Positions 23,191-26,644 of a stretch of DNA of 26,644 bases are shown here, piece by piece. The stretch lies in the IMG/VR virus record IMGVR_UViG_3300006193_000043, positions 1 to 26,644 of that record; one strand, 5' to 3'. This DNA is from a virus. Its lineage: Duplodnaviria > Caudoviricetes. The notes beneath the pieces are model-generated. The model did not search any database. It saw nothing but the letters and a program-made list of their open reading frames with translations, and was not told the DNA's origin. A program made the translations under genes and the position numbers. How positions within the stretch are numbered: position 1 is the first letter of the stretch; every line of letters starts with the position of its first letter.

Positions 23191-23193
23191 ATA

Positions 23194-24513
23194 TTATCCT
23201 GTTAAATCAAATAGTTTGTCTGCTGCTTTTCTTGAATCTGAATAAGGCGTAACCTTCATGCCAGATAGTCTTTCTGCTTCTTTGCGTATTTTGTCATTAA
23301 GAATTTCTCCTTTTTGCTTGTCAAATTCATATATTTTTCTCAGTGAAAACTTACCTTCATCATATAGCTTTTGTGCATAATCTGCTATATCAGCTGTTCT
23401 TTCTGCACTAAGATTTGCCATTGTAACCATAAGCGCTCTGCCATCTGGTGTTGTAGCAAGTGTTGGGAATACAGCTTTATATGCTCCAAACTCTAAATCA
23501 GAAGTTGAACCAGAACCAGGAGCTCTAACTAATGTTGCACCTCTTGTTTGGATAGCCTTAATAACTTGGTTGACATCTGCTGCAGGGGTGTCTATGTTTA
23601 AGTAAGCTTGTAAATCAGCTCCTAGTTGGACTAAACCACCACCACCCATTTTCTTATCACCTATTAAAGCGTTTATCTGGTTAATTCTACCAGCAACAAC
23701 TTGTGCTGCAGAAGCAGCTGTAAAGTAACCGTCAAGAGTTTTTGATTGCGTTTCGCTTAATTTTTTATCTGGATATGCAACTGTTGGGTTAGCGTCTACA
23801 TACTCAGCAAAGGTTTTAAACCTTCCAGTAGTTCCTTCATTTACCATTTTGTTCCAGTTCTTACCAAGGGATGAAAGTGCTTCTGCATCAGGTGCATTAT
23901 TTTTACCTATATCAGAATCTGTTTTCATTATATCCATTAAAGGAGCACCTTGTTCCGGATATTCTAAAGCAAAGTTTTTTAATTTATTGTAATCTATTAC
24001 TCTTTTACCAGGAAGGTTGTAAGAGTAACTATCTTTTTCTCCAAAGTTAGGCATTGGAGCCATTGTTCCATCTGGCATCATTCTTTCTGTAGGAACAGTA
24101 TTTGTCATTCTATTGCCAGTAACTGTTTGTGATGGAATATCAGTAAATATTCCTTTTTTAGCTATTTTAGAGTCTTCATTAATCTTATATTGTTTTATTT
24201 GTTCTCTTAGTTTAGCAGTTTCACCTAAACCTTCATAAGGAGCTATAGCTCCAGCTAGGCCTGCTTGCATTGATTTAGCTAAATAAGGAATTGCGCTTCC
24301 ATAACCTTTGTTTTTAGGTTGTATGGCATATGCTAAACCAGCACTAAGAAGTCCCTGAGTTAATGATTTTTCTTTTGCTCTTTTTACGTCTTCTTTTTTT
24401 AATAAACCACCTTCTAACATCAATTGATCTTTATCACTTAAACCAACGCCTAACAGATCATTGCCGACGTCTAAATTATCCCACCAATTTTTTGCTTTGT
24501 CATAAAGTGCCAT
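23194..24513 (-). CDS. Putative DNA ejection / internal virion protein
   Basis: 439 aa; GSGSTSDLEF...PTL.TTPDG motif reminiscent of P22 gp20-like injection proteins. Confidence 0.6.
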   Translation of the reverse strand: MALYDKAKNWWDNLDVGNDLLGVGLSDKDQLMLEGGLLKKEDVKRAKEKSLTQGLLSAGLAYAIQPKNKGYGSAIPYLAKSMQAGLAGAIAPYEGLGETAKLREQIKQYKINEDSKIAKKGIFTDIPSQTVTGNRMTNTVPTERMMPDGTMAPMPNFGEKDSYSYNLPGKRVIDYNKLKNFALEYPEQGAPLMDIMKTDSDIGKNNAPDAEALSSLGKNWNKMVNEGTTGRFKTFAEYVDANPTVAYPDKKLSETQSKTLDGYFTAASAAQVVAGRINQINALIGDKKMGGGGLVQLGADLQAYLNIDTPAADVNQVIKAIQTRGATLVRAPGSGSTSDLEFGAYKAVFPTLATTPDGRALMVTMANLSAERTADIADYAQKLYDEGKFSLRKIYEFDKQKGEILNDKIRKEAERLSGMKVTPYSDSRKAADKLFDLTG

Positions 24514-24516
24514 ATA

Positions 24517-25221
24517 TTATCCTATTAGTTGTCTTAATTTTTCGTCTTCTATATTTGCATAAAGTGAATTATTTAATAGTGAAGGGTTTGTGTTACCACC
24601 TAGTGAATCTGCTTCATTAGGTCCAAGTACATTTAATAAACCTGGAGATTGTGGTACAATTTGTGCTTGTTTAACTTCTGGTTGTACTATAGGTCTTATT
24701 TGTTCTGGTTCCTCGGTTAATGAATCAACAGCTTGATCTGTTACTACGTTCCCTATTCCCATTCCTTCAGTTTTATCATCAAAGTAATCATATCCTTGTT
24801 TAGCGTAATCATTTAATGGTGAATTAAACATATCAAAACCAGTGCTCATTGGATTGTCATACGTAGCAAAATTCATTCCCATACCACCTTGCCCTACAGG
24901 ATTAAACATACTAGGTAAAACGTTACCTGTTGCTTCCATAGGTAATGCAGAAAAAGCTTCTGGACTCATAAGACTACTAGGTACTGTAGCTTGAGTTAAT
25001 TGAGCACCTAATAAATCACCAGCTGCTGCACTACCCCCTGCTTCTAAACCTACCGTTCCAGCTGCTTCACCTAATCCGCCAGCGGCAGTTAAACCACCTG
25101 ATAAAGCACTTCCAGCTCCACCAAGGGCAGCACCAGTAAGTGCCCCTCTCAAAGGAGATTTACCCATTGCCATACTAGAAACTGCACCTACACCTGCCCC
25201 TACTAACATTGCGTGAGCCAT
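24517..25221 (-). CDS. Putative internal virion protein with Gly/Ala-rich N-terminus
   Basis: Glycine-zipper-like hydrophobic N-terminus; located in the ejection module. Confidence 0.6.
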   Translation of the reverse strand: MAHAMLVGAGVGAVSSMAMGKSPLRGALTGAALGGAGSALSGGLTAAGGLGEAAGTVGLEAGGSAAAGDLLGAQLTQATVPSSLMSPEAFSALPMEATGNVLPSMFNPVGQGGMGMNFATYDNPMSTGFDMFNSPLNDYAKQGYDYFDDKTEGMGIGNVVTDQAVDSLTEEPEQIRPIVQPEVKQAQIVPQSPGLLNVLGPNEADSLGGNTNPSLLNNSLYANIEDEKLRQLIG

Positions 25222-26036
25222 TATTTACCGCCTCCAGATTGAGTAGTCGTTTGATTTACTGGAGCAGGAGCTCCATAAGCAGCACTTAGATAAGATTGTA
25301 GTTGTTGTTGTGGCGCATTTGCACCATATTCATATCTAGCAATATCACCTTGTAAAGCTGATTTATTGTAACTTTCGTTCATTTTACCTACATTCATTAG
25401 TTGTTGGATGTCTGAATAATCTTGTCCTGCTATAGCCCCAGCATTTCCTATTGCTTGGTCTTGTCTACCTCTTTCTGCATTATAATTACTAAACGCTAAT
25501 TCTGAACCTCTTGAAGATAAAGCATTTGCTAGATTTTCTGATGCTTTAGATTCCATTTCTCCCATAGCTCCAGAACCATATCTACCTGCTTCTGATGTTC
25601 GTGAACCTATATCTCTAATAGCTGTATTAAATTCTGATACAACTGGTCTAGCTGCATTAGCCATCATAGATGCAAAGTATGGATTTCCTGCTGATAACCT
25701 ATCACCTTGTATCGTGCTTAATGCTTGAGTTTGAGAAGCTGGAATTAATGGACTTCCTGTTCTAGCTCTTTCTTCTGCTAAACCTAAACCTTCTGTTGTT
25801 TGTGAAGATGGGTCTACATAAGTTTGACCAGGATAATATGAAGGAGCTCCACCTTTATAAAGGTCTTGCGCTTCTTCTAATCCATATGTTATATACGGTA
25901 GTATAGCAGGATCGATGTTTTGTGTAGTTTGTGAAGTTCCACCACCACCTCCACCACCTTTATGGAATTGTCTACCCATTTTTCCATTGTCAATAGATTG
26001 GTTTCCGTCTAGTTCTGGAAAATAATCGTGCATCAT
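25221..26036 (-). CDS. Putative pilot/ejection protein (P22 gp7-like position)
   Basis: Short leader then HKGGGGGGG-TSQTTQ; Gln/Ala/Gly-rich; C-terminal GGGK. Confidence 0.6.
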   Translation of the reverse strand: MMHDYFPELDGNQSIDNGKMGRQFHKGGGGGGGTSQTTQNIDPAILPYITYGLEEAQDLYKGGAPSYYPGQTYVDPSSQTTEGLGLAEERARTGSPLIPASQTQALSTIQGDRLSAGNPYFASMMANAARPVVSEFNTAIRDIGSRTSEAGRYGSGAMGEMESKASENLANALSSRGSELAFSNYNAERGRQDQAIGNAGAIAGQDYSDIQQLMNVGKMNESYNKSALQGDIARYEYGANAPQQQLQSYLSAAYGAPAPVNQTTTQSGGGK

Positions 26037-26440
26037 AATTTTAGCTCCATTAGTCTATACTTCGGTTTGTAATTTAATCTTTCAAAAAGACGTTCTAGTG
26101 ATTTATATCCAGTAGAACATTGAACAGATGTTCCACCATTGTTTTTTACCCAAATCTTAAATTGGTCAAATGTTTCTTTTAGCTTTGTTCCACCTGCGTA
26201 TGTTACATAAGCAACTCTATCATTTGGGTACATTATCCACTGAACAGTTGCAGCATTAAAACATTTATCTTTTTCCATGCTAAGTAAAAGCTGTTGATGA
26301 CCTTGTGCAACTAATAACTTTAATTGATTTAGATCAAACTCTCCATGGCCTTTATCTATTGCTTTTTTTAAATGTTTTTCAGCTAAATGCCAATATTGCT
26401 GAACATGAGTTGTTGGTACTACATATAACTTTATTGCCAT
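26033..26440 (-). CDS. Hypothetical protein, possible GNAT-like fold (P22 gp14-like position)
   Basis: 135 aa alpha/beta pattern; AAGGAG RBS; immediately precedes the ejection genes. Confidence 0.6.
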   Translation of the reverse strand: MAIKLYVVPTTHVQQYWHLAEKHLKKAIDKGHGEFDLNQLKLLVAQGHQQLLLSMEKDKCFNAATVQWIMYPNDRVAYVTYAGGTKLKETFDQFKIWVKNNGGTSVQCSTGYKSLERLFERLNYKPKYRLMELKL

Positions 26441-26449
26441 GCTTCTCCT

Positions 26450-26644
26450 TTACCCTACTATAATATAATCAAAGTTTAAATCTGCTTTTGCTACACTTGT
26501 ATGAGTTATTACTACACTGCCTTTAGCTTTGGTAGAAATATAAGGATTTTGTGCTGCTGCATTTGCAGTTAAAGGTGATAATAAAATAACACTATCAAAA
26601 CCTAATCTTTCATCATTTAATGTTGTTGTTGTATTAGAAGCTCT
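26450..26644 (-). CDS. C-terminal part of a tail-associated protein, truncated by window edge
   Basis: Not in ORF track. Open frame ...TTTTLNDERLGFDSVILLSPLT...GSVVITHTS...FDYIIVG-stop; beta-rich. Confidence 0.6.
   Translation of the reverse strand, partial: RASNTTTTLNDERLGFDSVILLSPLTANAAAQNPYISTKAKGSVVITHTSVAKADLNFDYIIVG

Noticed and set aside
1561-24620. All other plus-strand ORFs in the track, plus nested minus-strand ORFs 10764-10955 and 20684-20956
   Set aside because: They lie largely or wholly over well-supported minus-strand genes, mostly use non-ATG starts, and show no protein motifs.
1-26644. CRISPR array, integrase/att site, intron or intein in nrdJ, terL or helicase
   Set aside because: No regularly spaced repeats or recombinase motifs were seen, and those genes are uninterrupted and of normal or compact length.

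Overview
An AT-rich tailed-phage genome segment with podovirus-like organisation; essentially all real genes are on the minus strand. In transcription order (right to left) it contains: the end of a tail gene, putative ejection/internal virion proteins, a lysis cassette (two membrane proteins plus an M15 peptidase endolysin), a stand-alone DEDD exonuclease and a terminator. Next come a sigma70-type early promoter, small early ORFs and a six-gene DNA-modification cassette (MazG-like NTP pyrophosphatase, Nmad1/DUF1599, T4 gp42-like dCMP hydroxymethylase, an SGNH-like unknown, an aGPT-Pplase1-like helical protein and a fold-type II PLP enzyme). These are followed by a lambdoid-style recombination/replication block without a DNA polymerase, a class II ribonucleotide reductase, DUF3310, an unannotated 23-codon pqqA gene with a structured 3' RNA, terminase subunits, portal, scaffold and the start of the major capsid gene. 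The highlights are a probable cytosine hypermodification pathway built from thymidine-hypermodification-type enzymes, a phage-borne PQQ precursor pointing to a Methylophilaceae (OM43/Methylopumilus-type) host, a three-way-junction RNA with an anti-Shine-Dalgarno loop, and a repeated 26-bp intergenic element containing an IHF consensus. All family assignments come from motif recognition by eye, not database searches.
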